The notes under the pieces were generated by a model. That model was not told the origin of the DNA and did no database searches. It saw only the letters and a list, made by a program, of their open reading frames with translations. Below, piece by piece: positions 22,901 to 36,600 of a stretch of DNA of 64,000 nt (position 1 is the stretch's first letter; the number at the start of each line of letters is the position of its first letter). The stretch spans positions 2,740,335 through 2,804,334 of the forward strand of contig CAJFCJ010000012.1 in assembly GCA_904063045.1 (NCBI GenBank), read 5' to 3'. Made by a program: the position numbers and the translations under genes. Origin of the DNA: Dimorphilus gyrociliatus. Taxonomy: Eukaryota > Animalia > Annelida.

Positions 22901-23842
22901 TTCTATGTAAAAGTGATGTTGTAAACCAAAATTTATTCATATACATTTGTGCAGTTTTTGATTTAATTTCAACAATGCTTAAATCTTAAAAAATATTTTG
23001 AAAAATTCTATATTTTCAAGGCCTCCTCATTATTCCCTTTCTTACCTTTCATCTCCAAAAACGAGCATGTCACATGATCCTCTGTGAATTTTCTTGTCAG
23101 AGAGACATTTTTTATCTTATTTTCATAAAATATAATATTTGCACTATAGTTCTGATTGGCTGTAAAATTTAGTTGGTGAGTTTCCAGAAAAAATTTGCTA
23201 TTTGCACAAATTTCATTTTTATATAATTTTGAATTGGATATTGTGTAAATTTTTCCCGGCATTCTTAAGAAAGGTTCAAAATTTCCCCACTGATTACGCT
23301 TGCAGAAAATATCTGAAAAATATTAATATTTAAATGGAAACGAGAGGGAAATGATAGGCGGAAGTGAGTGGAGATAACTCGCACATTTATCCTTAAAGCA
23401 CTTTAAAGTAATAACATATGGAAATTTTTCAAGTTTTTTTTTTGTACTGAAAAAATGGATTATATCTTGTTAATCTTTCACATTTTTTATGTAGGTCTAT
23501 AAATTAACAAAAAATGACTTACAATGTACAGCATTCAGGCTGAGTAGTATTCAACTTAAGGGTATAATATTTGTTTACGTTTCTTGATGCGTTTGTGTAA
23601 GAATAGAATGAGTCATATCCCAATTTTTTGCATAAGTTATTATAAAACGTTTGTCTCTTTTTCCAATCATACTCTAGGTAATATTTTCGTTTTTGCTTTC
23701 TTATAATTATCTTGCTGTATATAAAATGTGTATCGTGGTTACTCCAGGCATCGAGCGATACCTTCCATTGAGATGAAAAACTAAATTCTTTGGTGAGTGT
23801 TGTAAAAAAGAGCAGAATCATATTGAACTGAATGAAGCCCAT
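16909..23842 (-). CDS. GRL101-type LDLa-LRR-7TM receptor, gene 1 (multi-exon; long SRCR/lectin-like ectodomain)
   Basis: Signal-peptide exon at 23842; LDLa repeats (CDGKIDCYHGEDEEDC, CDFIKDCQDGSDENFC); LRRs and TM1-4 in 17470-19110; TM5-7 exons 17405-16909. Internal exon boundaries only partly resolved. Confidence 0.85.
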
Positions 23843-24248
23843 TTTACTTTGCTAGTGTTTACTAGTCTTTTAGACAAATGAAAGAAATGCTCTTATTGTA
23901 TGAACGTTTCTATATACATTCATTATTGTTAACTCACCATATTTTCAAAGCAATAAATGTAATGTAAAAACTCTTTGTATGATTGTATACTCTCATTACA
24001 GTAACATTCTCATTGCTATCGTGTTTCCTACTCTTGAAAAATATATTTATTGCTCAGTCCTTTCCCCATTTAATTTTTATTATTCTTAAAAAAAAACAGC
24101 TTTTCTACATCATTTGGAGAGTTTAACATAAGATAAATTCTTTCATTTCTCTCCCCTCCAAGATGTGAATATGTTATATAAATACTATCTCATAGTATGA
24201 GCTAAACTGATGTTTAGGGAAATCCAAAATGGAAAAACTCTTGTTAAC

Positions 24249-24340
24249 TGTACTTTGTTGTATTGTAATTGTAGGAATTTGTTCTTCTCCTGAACAGTAT
24301 TTGTCCTTTCCAATCATTTATCAACTCACCAAAGTATTGG
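24249..24340 (-). repeat. LTR U5 fragment (family B-like)
   Basis: Ends CAAAGTACA and carries the ATG ATT GGA AAG GAC cassette. Confidence 0.8.
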
Positions 24341-24456
24341 TATATCCAATATGATTACATTGTTCTCTAATTAGATTACAATCAACAAAAACTGAGTCCA
24401 GCGCATATGAATGCTAAACCCTAATCCTAACCTAACCCTTGTCTCTGTTTAATCTT

Positions 24457-25391
24457 TGTACTTTGTTGTATTGTAATTGTAGGAATTTCTGGTTCGTCAT
24501 AATTGTAATCGTCCTTTCCAATCATTTACCAATTTTCCAAAGTACTCACACAAATAGAACCTTTAAAGTTTGTCCACCAGTAGTTCAACAAATATAATTT
24601 TGGTAGAAATTAATCAACAAAACACGAGTATTTCATCCAAAGAATATGTATTGAGTAAAATGAGTTTCTAGTTCTAAACAAGCTAGTTTAAGCAGCTAGC
24701 TGACAGTTAGAAAACTGAACTATCAACTGTTAATTTCGTAGGGTTTATATACTCTTTTAAAGGTTGATAGTTCACAAATTTCAATGTTCATAAAAACAAA
24801 AGTAACATTTGAAGACAAAGAAAAGTTCTAAATATTCACATGTTTTTATTGTTTTCCTCTTCTAAATAATAGTTGAATTTTGAAGGTTGGAGAGTTGCAT
24901 AAGATGTAACAATTTTAGTAGGACAAGTCCAACAATGAAGAAAACATGTAGATTGTATATTTGACCATTTTTATATTCTACATTAACAATGATATTCAAT
25001 TCATTGAGTTAGTAATTTTAGCATCAGCATATAAGGAGGAAGTATATCTGATTAATGCATGTTAAGTAGAACAGTATTGTATACACAATACTGTTGGATA
25101 GTGAATATAATCTAAACTTAGAATTGAAGCATAATTGATAATTAATTGAACTAGTTTTAGTTCAAAATCATAAATTTATGGATTAATAAATTGTAATATT
25201 AATGCTAGGTTGCAAATAGCAAATATTCTTTATATAATTTAATAGGTTTTATTGCTGTGTAATGTGTATGCACTGTCCTACGTGAAACTAGGTCACTACT
25301 GCTTATCTTTATCAGTGCTATCTACATAGTACAATACTGGTTCAATACTACTTCTCTATTGTAGAGTATAGCTGACGAATATATGTGTACA
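24457..25391 (-). repeat. 3' LTR of element A copy 2 (935 bp)
   Basis: Same termini and length as 6264-7198; preceded by PPT AAGGAGTGGGA. Confidence 0.95.
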
Positions 25392-25446
25392 AACATCCCA
25401 CTCCTTAAAGACCTTGCTTCCACAAAAGGTCTAGGACTTGTGACAA

Positions 25447-26091
25447 TTATGTTATCACCACTTTTTCTGAACATAGTTCTATTTCTTCTGGTTCAGCTGT
25501 TGGAGCTGAAGGTAATCTTTTTGTTTTTGTCAATAGTTTAGACAGTCTGGTAAATTGAACTCTTTTCAGTTTTTTCTTCCAAATAAAGTAAATGAAGAAT
25601 CCAATTCCAATCAAGAGTATAATTGGCAGAAGTGTGTCTATTAGTATTTTGAAAGGTTTTCTTATCCACAAAGAAAATAAATGTTGTGCTGGTGACAAGG
25701 CTGCATTAATTCCTAAATCATTTGCAAAGTTAATATGCTCTCTATGCTTAGTCAACATATCCTGTATGTATTCCAAAACTTGTTGTATCTGATAACACTT
25801 GAACACTTTTTAATTCTGTACATGTATTGAGGGTTGTTAGATCTCCTAACTATGTACTATGGGTTCCATGTTTAGATCCAAGTATTGTTGGTAGTTGAGG
25901 TGATAGTGGTGTAAGTAGGGCTATCATCTTGTTTCTCATGATAAATTCTTTGCATAAAAGTTGTGAAACTTGTTTAAAAACTGTTTGTAAATTTCTAAAA
26001 TTTTTGTCAATATTGTTTAACAGTGCAGCTGTTCTTATGGCATCTTTTATATTTATTTGGTGTGATTCTGGAATCTCTATGCTTTCTAATT
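25447..26091 (-). pseudogene. Env C-terminal part: helical region, TM anchor and cytoplasmic tail
   Basis: VSQLLCKEFIMRNKMIALL...*LGDLTTLNTC; TM LLPIILLIGIGFFIYFIW followed by KKKLKR; contains a stop and a probable deletion or frameshift. Confidence 0.8.
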
Positions 26092-28534
26092 GAATAGGGG
26101 TGAAACCGTACCTGGGTGAAACCATACCCATTGAGGGTGAAACTGTACCCATTGAGGGTGAAATCGTACCTTGGTGAAATCGTACCTGGATGAAATTTTA
26201 ACTGTCAACATGAGAAAATCAAAAAATGAAATAATTAATTTATTTGTTTTAACAAATATGTGATATACAAGTACCAGTTTTTTTCAGGTCAGCCATTTTG
26301 AATTTGTTTGTTGATTACTTGATAAGAGAATCTTGAAATAGTATTATAAATATTTGTTTTAAAGTTTTCTGCTGCTTTTGAAATAATAAATTAAACATTT
26401 CAAATCTGCACATTTTGAAATATGGCAATCAAGTGCAAAAATTGCAAACTTACAGTTTATGGAAGACAGAAGAGAAAATTCTGTTTGCCATGTAATGAGC
26501 TTCTTCATGAAAAATGTATCATCAGTAAGAATTTTGTAATTCATCTGGTCAATTGTAAATATACAATTACTTCCTTTCAGATTCCAGGCTGTCAGTTTGT
26601 CTGGATTGTGAAAAAAGACAGTGTCTTCTTCAAATGACAAGACTAGAAGATCAAGGAATGAAAGAAAGAGTTGCAATGGATGAGAATGAAGATGAAAAGA
26701 TTGATGAAGAGACAACAGATAACAGAAAAGGTGATGATCTTAGAGATTCTTATACAAATAATGATGAAATATCATCAGTCAATGCTGTTGACACTTTCCA
26801 AGAAGTTATGGATAATGATTTTCAAATAATTAGTGGTGGAAGTCAACTGGGAAAGGACATTCTGATACACAATGGATTTTCATTCACACTCAAGGCTAAA
26901 ACTTCTAAAAGTAGCATTTGGGTGTGCAGTAAAAGAACTAAAAAGCAGAGATGTCCTGCAAGAATTCGCCAACAAGGAAATTCATTTATAAAGGGAAGCA
27001 AAAAACACATTCATGGAGCCAATCAAAGTTTATCATCCAATATATCAATCAGGAAAGATTTAAGGGATATGTGCCTAACTGACACACATTCAAGTGGAAG
27101 AAGATTAGCAGAAACAGTTCTGTTGAAACACCAAGAACAAACTGACTCTGCCAAATATTGACTATTTGAAAAGAGTTGCAAATTTTACCAGACAGAAACT
27201 TAGGCCTAATGAACCAAAAGAAGTGGACTTTGATTTAAATAAGAATTTCATTCCTGATGATTTCTTAAAAGATGACATTTATGAAAACAACAATAGAATC
27301 TTGATTTTGGCCACAAATCATCAGCTTGATTTACTTGGTAAATCAAATCATTGGTTTATAGATGGAACATTCAAGATTGTGAAAGATCCATTCTATCAAC
27401 TAATATCTATTCATAGCTATGTGAAAAAGAATGGTGCAATGAAACATGTTCCCCTGGCTTTCATTTTTATATCATCAAAGCAAAAAAAATATTATAAAAA
27501 GGCATTCAAGGTATACATTTTAATAGTTCATTAACAATTTTTCTGATACCCAATTCACACTTCAGAGCATCAGAAACTTGACCTCAATATCACAGCCTGA
27601 GAAAATAACAATGGATTTTGAGATGAGTTTGTGGAAAGCTGTCTCTAAGATCTATCCAGAATCAGAAATTCATGGTTGTGTTTTCCACTTCACCCAGGCA
27701 ATCTATAGAAAAATTCAGGTACAAGATATTAATAAATATGATACTTTTCAACTTTTAATAAATTCTCTTTTTAGTCTCTTGGCTACTCTGGAAGATATAT
27801 GGAGAAAGGAGAGGACTGGAGAGACCTGAGGAAGTTGATGGCTTTACCTTTTCTGCCTGCAGATATTATTACTCCTACATTTTTTACCTTGAAGAGTCAG
27901 CTGGAAGAAAAGAGAAAATTTTCAGACTTGCTGGAATATTATGAAAATACTTGGATTTTGAATTCTACTTGGAAACCATTGAATTGGTCAATATTTGGAT
28001 TATCAATAAGGACTAATAATAGTATGGAAGGATGGCACAATAGAATGAATAATAAAGTACAATCAAAAGGATCATTCTATTTGTTGATTGATGAATTGAA
28101 AAGAGAGGCTGATTTGGTTTGTATTTACGAAAAACTTCTCTCTGAGAAGAAGATTATCAAATATCAGAGAAAAAAATATGGTGATATAGAGAAGAAAATA
28201 TTTGAAATCTGGGATGATTATAAGCTTGGAAGGATATTAGCTGATGAATTATTAATCCAGACATCTTATATTTATACTCCATAGTTGCTATTATCTATTC
28301 TTTTCTTTAGTTAACTTATAGTATAATACCTCTTCAATACATGCATTATCATATTTTTTTCATTTCTATATGAATCAACAATAACAGTTTTACTTGGTCA
28401 CAGCAAGAGATTCACCCACAATGGGTACGATTTCACCCTCAATGGGTACGGTTTCACCCTCAATGGGTATGATTTCATCCAGGTACGGTTTCACCCGGGT
28501 ACAGTTTCACCCAGGTACGGTTTCACCTGTCACC
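26092..28534 (+). mobile_element. Mutator-like (MULE) DNA transposon with tandem-repeat TIRs and a 9-bp TSD
   Basis: TSD TTTCTAATT at 26083-26091 and 28535-28543; inverted terminal arrays of GGTGAAACCGTACC(CATTGAG/TG) units. Confidence 0.95.
26422..28284 (+). pseudogene. MULE transposase (PHD-like finger + FLYWCH + DDE), 3 introns (about 26525-26580, 27511-27565, 27719-27775), one frameshift near 27150
   Basis: CKNC..CLPC..HEKC..CLDC; LIHNGFSF...WVCSKR...CPA...HIH; WFIDGTFK, MDFE..., GCVFHFTQA, RTNNSMEGWHN. Confidence 0.9.
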
Positions 28535-28543
28535 TTTCTAATT

Positions 28544-31124
28544 ATTTCCTCTTCCATTTGTGATTTATTGGTTTTCTTTGTAAAAGTGTATATTTTCCAT
28601 TTTCTGTATAAATTTGAAATTGTGTATCTTTTGGGCTTTGATACCAAATGTTCATGTTTGGAAGTGGGTTGAAAGTAACTGGTTTTTTGTCCAATTCAAA
28701 ATCTTGTGATCTGACTAGTCTGGCAGGTTTTAGCTTTGCTGTTTTCAGCATTTTTAGTATGTATTTGTTGTTAATATCTGGAGAAATAATTTCTTTGACA
28801 AACCAAGTCCTCACTAATGGTGTTGCATGATTTTTTATCAGCATATGGTAAGTTTTGTCGTCATCTCTATACCAATCATTATATGTTAAAATATCCTGTA
28901 TTTCTGTGACATTGGCCTTTCTTAGTGATGATTTCTTTCCAATATATTTCTCCAATCTATTAACTTCTTTATTTGAAATGATCTTGTATTTTGTATCCTC
29001 TATTATTTTATTGTCAGCATAATTGGAATTTGTAAGATCAGTTCTAAGTAAGTCATATTCTTTCTGAGGTACCAATACTCTGGTACCAGGACCACCATAT
29101 CCTTTGATATACCTGTCTTGGTAAGGTAAATCCATTATTGCATAGTTGGGGCAGGAAAAATATCCTCCAAGTTTTACACATTCCACATTATGGGAAATTA
29201 TTTTCCATGGTGAAACATGGCCTAACAGACTTTGACCTTTTTGTGGATTAAATATAATAATTGAATCCAAAGTTCTACAAAATTTTTGTTTAATAGAACA
29301 GTCTTCTAAATATTCCAAATTTGTGGTTATTTTATCTTGGCTTGGATTCCAATAAGCCTTGCCAATTTGAAGGATTGTTGTAAATTCTTCCACCACTGTG
29401 GTTCTTGGCCATTTGTAATTTGGTCCTTTGTTTTCATTATACATAAGAATTTTGCCTTTTTCAATTAGGTTTTGTCCATTTAAGGTTTTGTGTGTGTATA
29501 GCATTGTTCTGCATTGTTTTTCACTTAAGGCAAGTGTTTGTTTTTCAATTCTGTTTCTTTGCTCCAAAAAAGTAATGAGTGTAGAAATTGATTCTTCTTT
29601 TCACTAAACACTTGATAGCTTGAATTGCTAAATTGTCAGCTTTAATTTCATAGATGTTATTCACAATTTTGGTCATTTGTTTAGTTTCAAAGGTACATAC
29701 TGGTTCATCAGCTAAATCAAATGATTGGTGTACTTGTTGTCCTTGACAAAACTGTACTGATGGTAGCATTCTTACAGTTATATTTGCTTTTGTTATGGAT
29801 ACATTTGTTTGGACCAAGTTTAAACAGCATATTGCTAACAGTGTATAAATTATTGATCTTCTGATAGGAAGTATTCCACCATTTGTTTGTTGGTTCCTTA
29901 CTGTCACTGTGTTAACTGTTATAGGTTGTTTGTTAGCTAGTCTTAGTCTACTAGCATGATAGAATTTTCTTTTATCTTCCAATATTTGTAATTCATACAA
30001 ACATTTTATAGTATCAGTAGCAGTTACAAGGTATGGTCCACTCCATTTGCTTGTATTTATTCTGTTCATTCCTTGACCAATGTTTTCATTTCTTATGTGT
30101 ACCCAATCACCAATTTTGTAAGTTGGATGTTTTCTTGTAATAGCTTTATTAACTCTATCTCTATATTTCTTCTTTTTTAGAACAGATTTGCAAAGTGCTG
30201 TTGCTCTAATTTCTTCAAGGTCATGTTTTCTATCAAATAAGAATTTTGTTGTTGGTTCTAATCTTGGAACTTCTATTAATAGATCTAAGACATTTCTATT
30301 CTTCAATCCAAATAATATTTCATGTGGGTTTTGCCAGTGCTTCCAACTGGAATTTGATTTAAACATGTCTGAATTATTGGCAATTGCCTTGTCCAATCTG
30401 TCAATTGTTCCATAACTACATGTTTATGTAGTGCTTTGCAAATTTCCAAATTCTTTCTTTCTACCATTCCATTACTTTGGCTATGGAATGCTGTTGTTTT
30501 CATTTTTTGTATTCCCATTGATGTTACCATTTCTGTAAAGATTTCTCCAAGAAAATTCCTTCCTTGATCTGTGAGAATTTCTTCTGGGATACCAAATATT
30601 GGGAAATAGTTGAAAAACAAATGTTTAGAAATTTCCTCAGCTGCTTGAGTTTTTAGAGGGAATAAGTTGGTAAATCTGGACATGTGGTCTATAATGACAA
30701 GTATATACTTGTAAGAATCATGTCCAGTCAAAGGTCCCATTATGTCCATAGCAATTCTTTGCATTTGTAAAGTTGGGTGAGGTGTTTCAACCAACAAGTG
30801 TTTGTTGCCTGGTGCTCTTAATTGCTCACAAAATTCACAACTCTTTATATGATCTTTAATTGTTTTCTTTAGCTTGGGATGCCAGAAAGCTTGCTCCAAA
30901 GTGTGAATTGTTATGTCTACACCATAGTGCTCAAATAGTTGATGTTGATGAATTTGCCCAAGTAAGTTGGTTAGAGTTTGTAGTGGGATTACAAGTAGTG
31001 GTTGACAGCCATTTAGATACCATACAAGGTCTTCTTTTACAAACATAGATTCAATAAAGTTTTTATATTCATTCAATGACCCATTATCAATGTTTTCTCC
31101 TTCCAATTTGTCTACAACTTTCAT
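28544..31124 (-). pseudogene. Integrase-Env region of copy 2 (three ORF-track pieces joined by small indels)
   Basis: ORFs 30303-31124, 29545-30396 and 28542-29567 overlap in different frames; the indels differ from those in copy 1. Confidence 0.9.
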
Positions 31125-31164
31125 TAGTGGGGTATGCTCTTTTAGAATCCATTAATTTGCCCCA

Positions 31165-31240
31165 CAATGAAAAAAAGAAAGAGATAATAAAATGGTTCAT
31201 ACCACATTATGGTGTGGCAAACCCAAATAAAAAGGGCTAC
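31165..31240 (+). mobile_element. BEL/Pao RT-proximal micro-fragment
   Basis: EIIKWFIPHYGVANPNKKG, nearly identical to 8360-8420. Confidence 0.6.
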
Positions 31241-31484
31241 GCAATTCCGCTTCACATTTGAATTGTGGATCATCATAAACGAGTTTTTTGGTAAGGTGCC
31301 ACATGTTCTCAATTGGACTGAGGTCAGGGCTCTTTTCTGGCCAATCAAGAGGATGGATGTCATTCATTTGAAAGGCTCTTTTGGTTGTCCTAGCAGTATG
31401 GCACCAAGCAATATCTTGCTGGAAGATGTACTGCCTCTCCATTTTAGCTGATATATCTTCTATTACAAAAAGAACATTTTCCAC
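31240..31484 (-). mobile_element. Tc1 (DD34E) transposase fragment
   Basis: FQQDIAWCHTA...LDWPEKSPDLSPIENMW. Confidence 0.9.
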
Positions 31485-31984
31485 AACACAAAAATAAGAT
31501 AAAAAATATTTTTAGCTGTATTTAGATGGAAATTTATAAATGTATATAATATATATTTTTAAAATATAAAGCAATAAAAGTGCATGGATTATTTGAAAGT
31601 TTATTAAAATTTCTCTGATGACGTATGTAATAAAATATGACCGGATGTATTTCGTTCCTCCTCTAAAGAAAATTCAATTACATAAACGTGTCAATGTTTA
31701 TTAAGAAAAATTTAATTAATACAGTATAGTGATATTGATAATAGAATCAATGTTTTTCTCGTCGTTTTTCAAAGGATTAATTCATTTTTTTAAAAGATTA
31801 CATCAATTAGATAACCTGGTTGCTGTAAATACAAAATTTAGGATAGAAAGTAGGCAAGAGCTTTACTTTTCATCAACAATTTAACAGTTTTGAGATTTTT
31901 AATTCGTAAATTATCGTTATTGATAATGCTTTCTAAACAAATCAATATTGTCATTTATCTTCATATTCTAACAGAAAGCTGATA

Positions 31985-32520
31985 TTGTGGCTTTGCCATA
32001 TGGAGAATTTGAAAAGGATAGAAACATTGTTAGTTAAGAAGGTGTATGAAGAGAATTACCACGCTCTATTGGCCAAAATGAGGGCAATCCTTAGGGAGAC
32101 ACACTGGGTGCTGAAGGAGATAGCGATGATAAGAAATGTTATACAGAGTGTGACAGATAGGCCGGAGAGAAGCTACCAGAAAAAGAGCAATGACCTTGGA
32201 AAATGGCTCGAAGTGTTTGAATACATCAGGATTGACGGTTGTGGGCCTTTCAAATTGAAAAAGGGTGGCAAGGCCTATGTGCTACTCCTCATCTGTCTGC
32301 AGAGCAAGATGGTGAGGCTTGAGATAAAGGAAGGTTTCGGTGCAAACTCCACCAAGCTGGCATTGGAAAGAATATGATCGGGGAGAAAGTTCTTATCTCA
32401 GACAAACTTAAGGCATGACATTGCACAAGTAGATAGCCACAGTCCTAGTCAGAGATCCTGCCAAGTCACAATTGCTTGGAAAGAAAAAGTAGGATCGGGA
32501 CGAAAAGACGAAATTTATCA
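31985..32520 (+). mobile_element. BEL/Pao integrase relic
   Basis: LRETHWVL...FEYIRIDGCGPFKLKKGGKAYVLLLICLQSKMVRLE...ALER. Confidence 0.8.
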
Positions 32521-33688
32521 GAAGAGCAGGCAAACTTTTGTTTTTGGATGAATGGAGAAACTATGTCATGTGTCACCTGAAGAACATTGCTAGCCATTTC
32601 TTTGTGGGCAATAGAGATTTCGTCCATTGCGAAGTTGGGAAAGGAACAGGAAAATTAAAGAGATGCTTGCTTGAAATGTTACATTTGACAAAATACCAGG
32701 AAAATTTAGTAAACTGTATTACCTTTGACAAAATATTATGAAAGATCAGCTGTTGATCATGTGTCCTGAGATTTAGACACAAACTCATTTGGCTGTAATT
32801 GAAAAATTCAGGTAGAATAAGAAAAAAAATCAGAGAATCAGTTAGCCCTTAACAAGGAACTTTACTATTAGACTTTGTAACATCCTAAAAGTAAAGATGA
32901 ACTAGGACATATATCCAACTGTAAAATGATGGTTGAATGTTGTAGACCATTCCCATATCCTACCCATATCAGTGAGCGATATTTGAAGAGAAAGTAGAAT
33001 GTTGACATTGTCAACAAAATAGAAAGACCTAGTCCAAAAATCCTAATCCTAAATTGAAAAGTTGTGATTTATTGCAGATAGAAACTTTATTGTTAGTGAA
33101 AATCACAAAAATTTGTTAGTTGTACTGATTTTACCAAAAAGCTTAAAATATGTTATTTGTAACTATGACAAACTATTCAAATTGTTTCCTTTTCTGTAAA
33201 ATCTTTCTTAGAATAATACCAATGGAGCAGATATCTTTGAATTCGGTTTCCTGTGTTTTTTGTTGTATATTCGTGATGCAGAAGTGAAAAAGGTTTCTTG
33301 AATGCTAATATAGCAACAACAAGAACATCATGATATGACTAATATATTAAATGAGTATTAAATAACTGACTTGATAATAGATATTTTCAATTGAAACTTT
33401 ATCAGCAAATGAGAAATTGTAGTTATGTAAATGATGAATTGCTTTAAAAAGTTGTACAGTACAGTGGTAATATCGTGTATTTTGATAAAAGTGTCTATTA
33501 ATCTTTAACTGAGTATATTTAAACTTTAATTCACGCATAATCAAGATATTATATCTTTTTTCTTGAATAAATGCAATAACTAAAAAATTAATGAAAAATT
33601 TTTTAGTGTAAAATCAAAGAAAGTAACTTTGTTTTTATTTTTACATCTTTTGTAAAGTTCATCAGAATGACATTTTAGTAAATTTTGC

Positions 33689-36600
33689 CTATATTATAAT
33701 AAATATATGACAATATAATATGAATTTAAATTCAGTATAAATACAAAACCTCTTTTGCATTGATAATATTGTCATATTTTGAATTTGGGTATAAATATCA
33801 ATAAATGATAATGTAAATGGATTGAGTACTGAATTAATTGAAACTAAGACAATTGTTATCCAACTATTTCTATCAGTTTTTAAACTAAAAGTTGGATTTG
33901 TAATTGATAATATTCCTAAAATTGAAATTGGTACCCACACTAATGCATTTGAAAATGATAGAATAATTGTTGTCTTTCTAAGTTTTCTGCTTTTAGTTTC
34001 TTTTAGAGTTGATTGAGTGCTTGATGAGAATTTGATTAAAACAATAATACGTATATAAAATATCGTAATTAAAACACTTAAAATTGGTATGAATACTCTA
34101 AATATTACAAAGAAATAGATCATTTCTCCATTGTCTTCATTTTCATTAGTTTTTATTTGTATGTTAAAACAATTTGGTGTTTGACCATGAGGATTCTATT
34201 AAAATAAAATGAAAGCAATATTTCTATATATGTACTATATGTACCTTATTAATTGCAAATGGTAGTGTTGATACTAATAGACAAATAGAAAATAGGCTTA
34301 GAATAATTGAGTTGTTTTGTAAATGGACAAAAGGTTGTTGAAACGGTTTTCTAACGACTTCGTAGCGTTCAATACTTACGAGCAGCATACAAAGCGATGA
34401 CATTATTAAAGAGAATGTAAACATTGTTCCAATAGTTGCACAAAAGCTACTCTTTCTCCAATATTCATCATTTTCCAGATAAGTATCAGAGAAATATATG
34501 TCAAATATACATATTGAAAGTATATATAAAGATGTTAAGAAATCACTAAAGCATAGCAGGAGACGGTAATTTTTTGCAAAACTTCCCCACAGTAATAATA
34601 CAATTATTGAGAAAACATTTGCAAAACAACCAAAAATTGCCATTGTCCAATAGATTATTTTTTTTAAACTTGAATCTAATAATCTTGAACATGTTCGATA
34701 AATGTTAATTGACGGTTGACAGTCTACGTAATTTCCTATATTTTCCCAAAAAAGACAACATAAAATAAAGCTTTTCCCTTGAATGATTTGTATATATTTT
34801 AGATTTCTTTTAATGAATGATGATGATAATTGTGGTAGATTTGTGTTGTTTAGGTAGAGTTTTTTCAAATTTTGAAGAGAAATGAGAGCGTTACGATCTA
34901 TTTTCTTTATAGAACTGTACTCAATTTTTAATACTTTTAACAGTTTAGTATTGTTTAAATCACGTTCATTGATATAATCGAGTTTTGATGACGAAACGTC
35001 GAGTGAATAGAGATGACCACATTCTAATTTATTAAGAAATGATAATGAAGCAATTTGATTATTTACCAAACTAAGACTTTGAAGTAGTTTTAATGGTTGA
35101 TTTAAAATGAACGAATTTTCCGTAATTCCGTTGTTAACGAGCAATAAATGAATAAGATTAGGAAAATATTCTCTTCCAAATGTAAAATATTTCCAACTAT
35201 TTCTAATTTGTAAAACATTCAATTCTCTTGAATTTTCAAAGAATGAATATAGATTTAAGCCAGATACTTTTAACAATTTAATACTCTTAAAATTTTTAAT
35301 TAATCCTTTATTTAATTGATATAAATTCAAATCGTTTGTTGTAAAATTACATTCCCAAGAGAGAAATGATAATTCATTACAATCGGAATAATAAATCTCT
35401 ACTGTTGGTTGACATAAGAATTCGTCACTTCCGTTTGCGCAATCGATAATTTTATTGCAAACTTTTTCAATCATTATATATGTTTCCTCATTTTTACATT
35501 TAAAAAAGCCTTTTGGTCTAAAATTAACTAAAAAAAAAACAAATAAACAAAAACAGGAAAGAAGAAGAATATTTTGCCAATTTTTCTAAATTTGTATACA
35601 CTGGTATAACAAGTTTTTTTCTTACCACAATCATATTCGTCATCACCTTGCATACAATGATTTATTCCGTCGCAAAGTTGTTGAACGCTTATACAATAGT
35701 TACTCCTATGACATAAGTATTGTCCATTTGGACATTTACTCCTATTGCATGGATTAATTATACGATTGAGATCTGTAATTTGAACTCCAAGAGAGGAAGT
35801 TCTAAAATAGCATTCGTTTGAAAAGTCAATAAACTCCGTACTCGTCTCATCCGCAAAGTTATTGCAATCGAGTTTTCCATCGTTAAAAAGTTCATTTGAT
35901 ATACATATACTTCCGCAATCAATTTGATAATTAGGCCTACATGCTAAATAAAAAAGAACATATAAAAGAATTTAAATAGAAAATACCAAAGTGTTAATTG
36001 TTTTTATTAATTAACCTTTTTCAAAATCTTTTACTAAAGCATTTTTATTTTTACAAATTTCATCAGTTGTATCGAAGCAATGTCTCTCACTATCGCAAAC
36101 AAAAGTTGAGTTGACGCATTGTTCATTCTTACAGGATCTAGGGATAAAAAAATATGTAAACAGAATAAAAGAACAAAAAAATATCAATTAATCAGAAATT
36201 GAGAAAGTTCATATGCTTTTTTGTGTTGAATTTGATGCGTAAATTGACAATCATTTATTTTCTACTTACACTTGAAATTCTGAACATTCATCGTATTCTA
36301 GAAATAAATAGGTTAAAGATTTTTCTTTTGAATCATTTTAACTATTCCTAACCACATTCTTCTTCATCGGAACCATCTGAACAATCCTTCATAAAATTAC
36401 AAACTAATGAGAAGTGTATTACTTTGTCATTTGAATGACATTTAAAGTGAAATGGTTTTATATTTTGACAATTTTCTTCATCATTCTTCATGGTACAATC
36501 ATCTTTTCCATCACAAACTGCAATGTAATTTATATATATTCCATCGTTCTCGCAGCGAATACAGTTTTCCGGAATCTTTTGGAATTTATCATAAGTTAGT

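Larger units (their letters stand above)
24457..31135 (-). mobile_element. Family A element copy 2: 5'-truncated within IN, with IN-env, PPT and 3' LTR; interrupted by a MULE
   Basis: Matches copy 1 from 31135 downward; env TM and tail at 25447-25806; PPT 25396-25406; LTR 24457-25391. Confidence 0.95.

Noticed and set aside
24410-24440. True or interstitial telomere (CCCTAA-like tract)
   Set aside because: Short and degenerate; similar tracts elsewhere are MITE cores.
25850-26152. ORFs starting in TIR repeats (also 28394-28672)
   Set aside because: The N-termini are translations of TIR repeats from non-ATG starts; the remainder is env or its antisense.
26099-26200. CRISPR-like repeat array
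   Set aside because: The repeats are contiguous without unique spacers and are mirrored at 28410-28527 as MULE TIRs; the DNA is eukaryotic.
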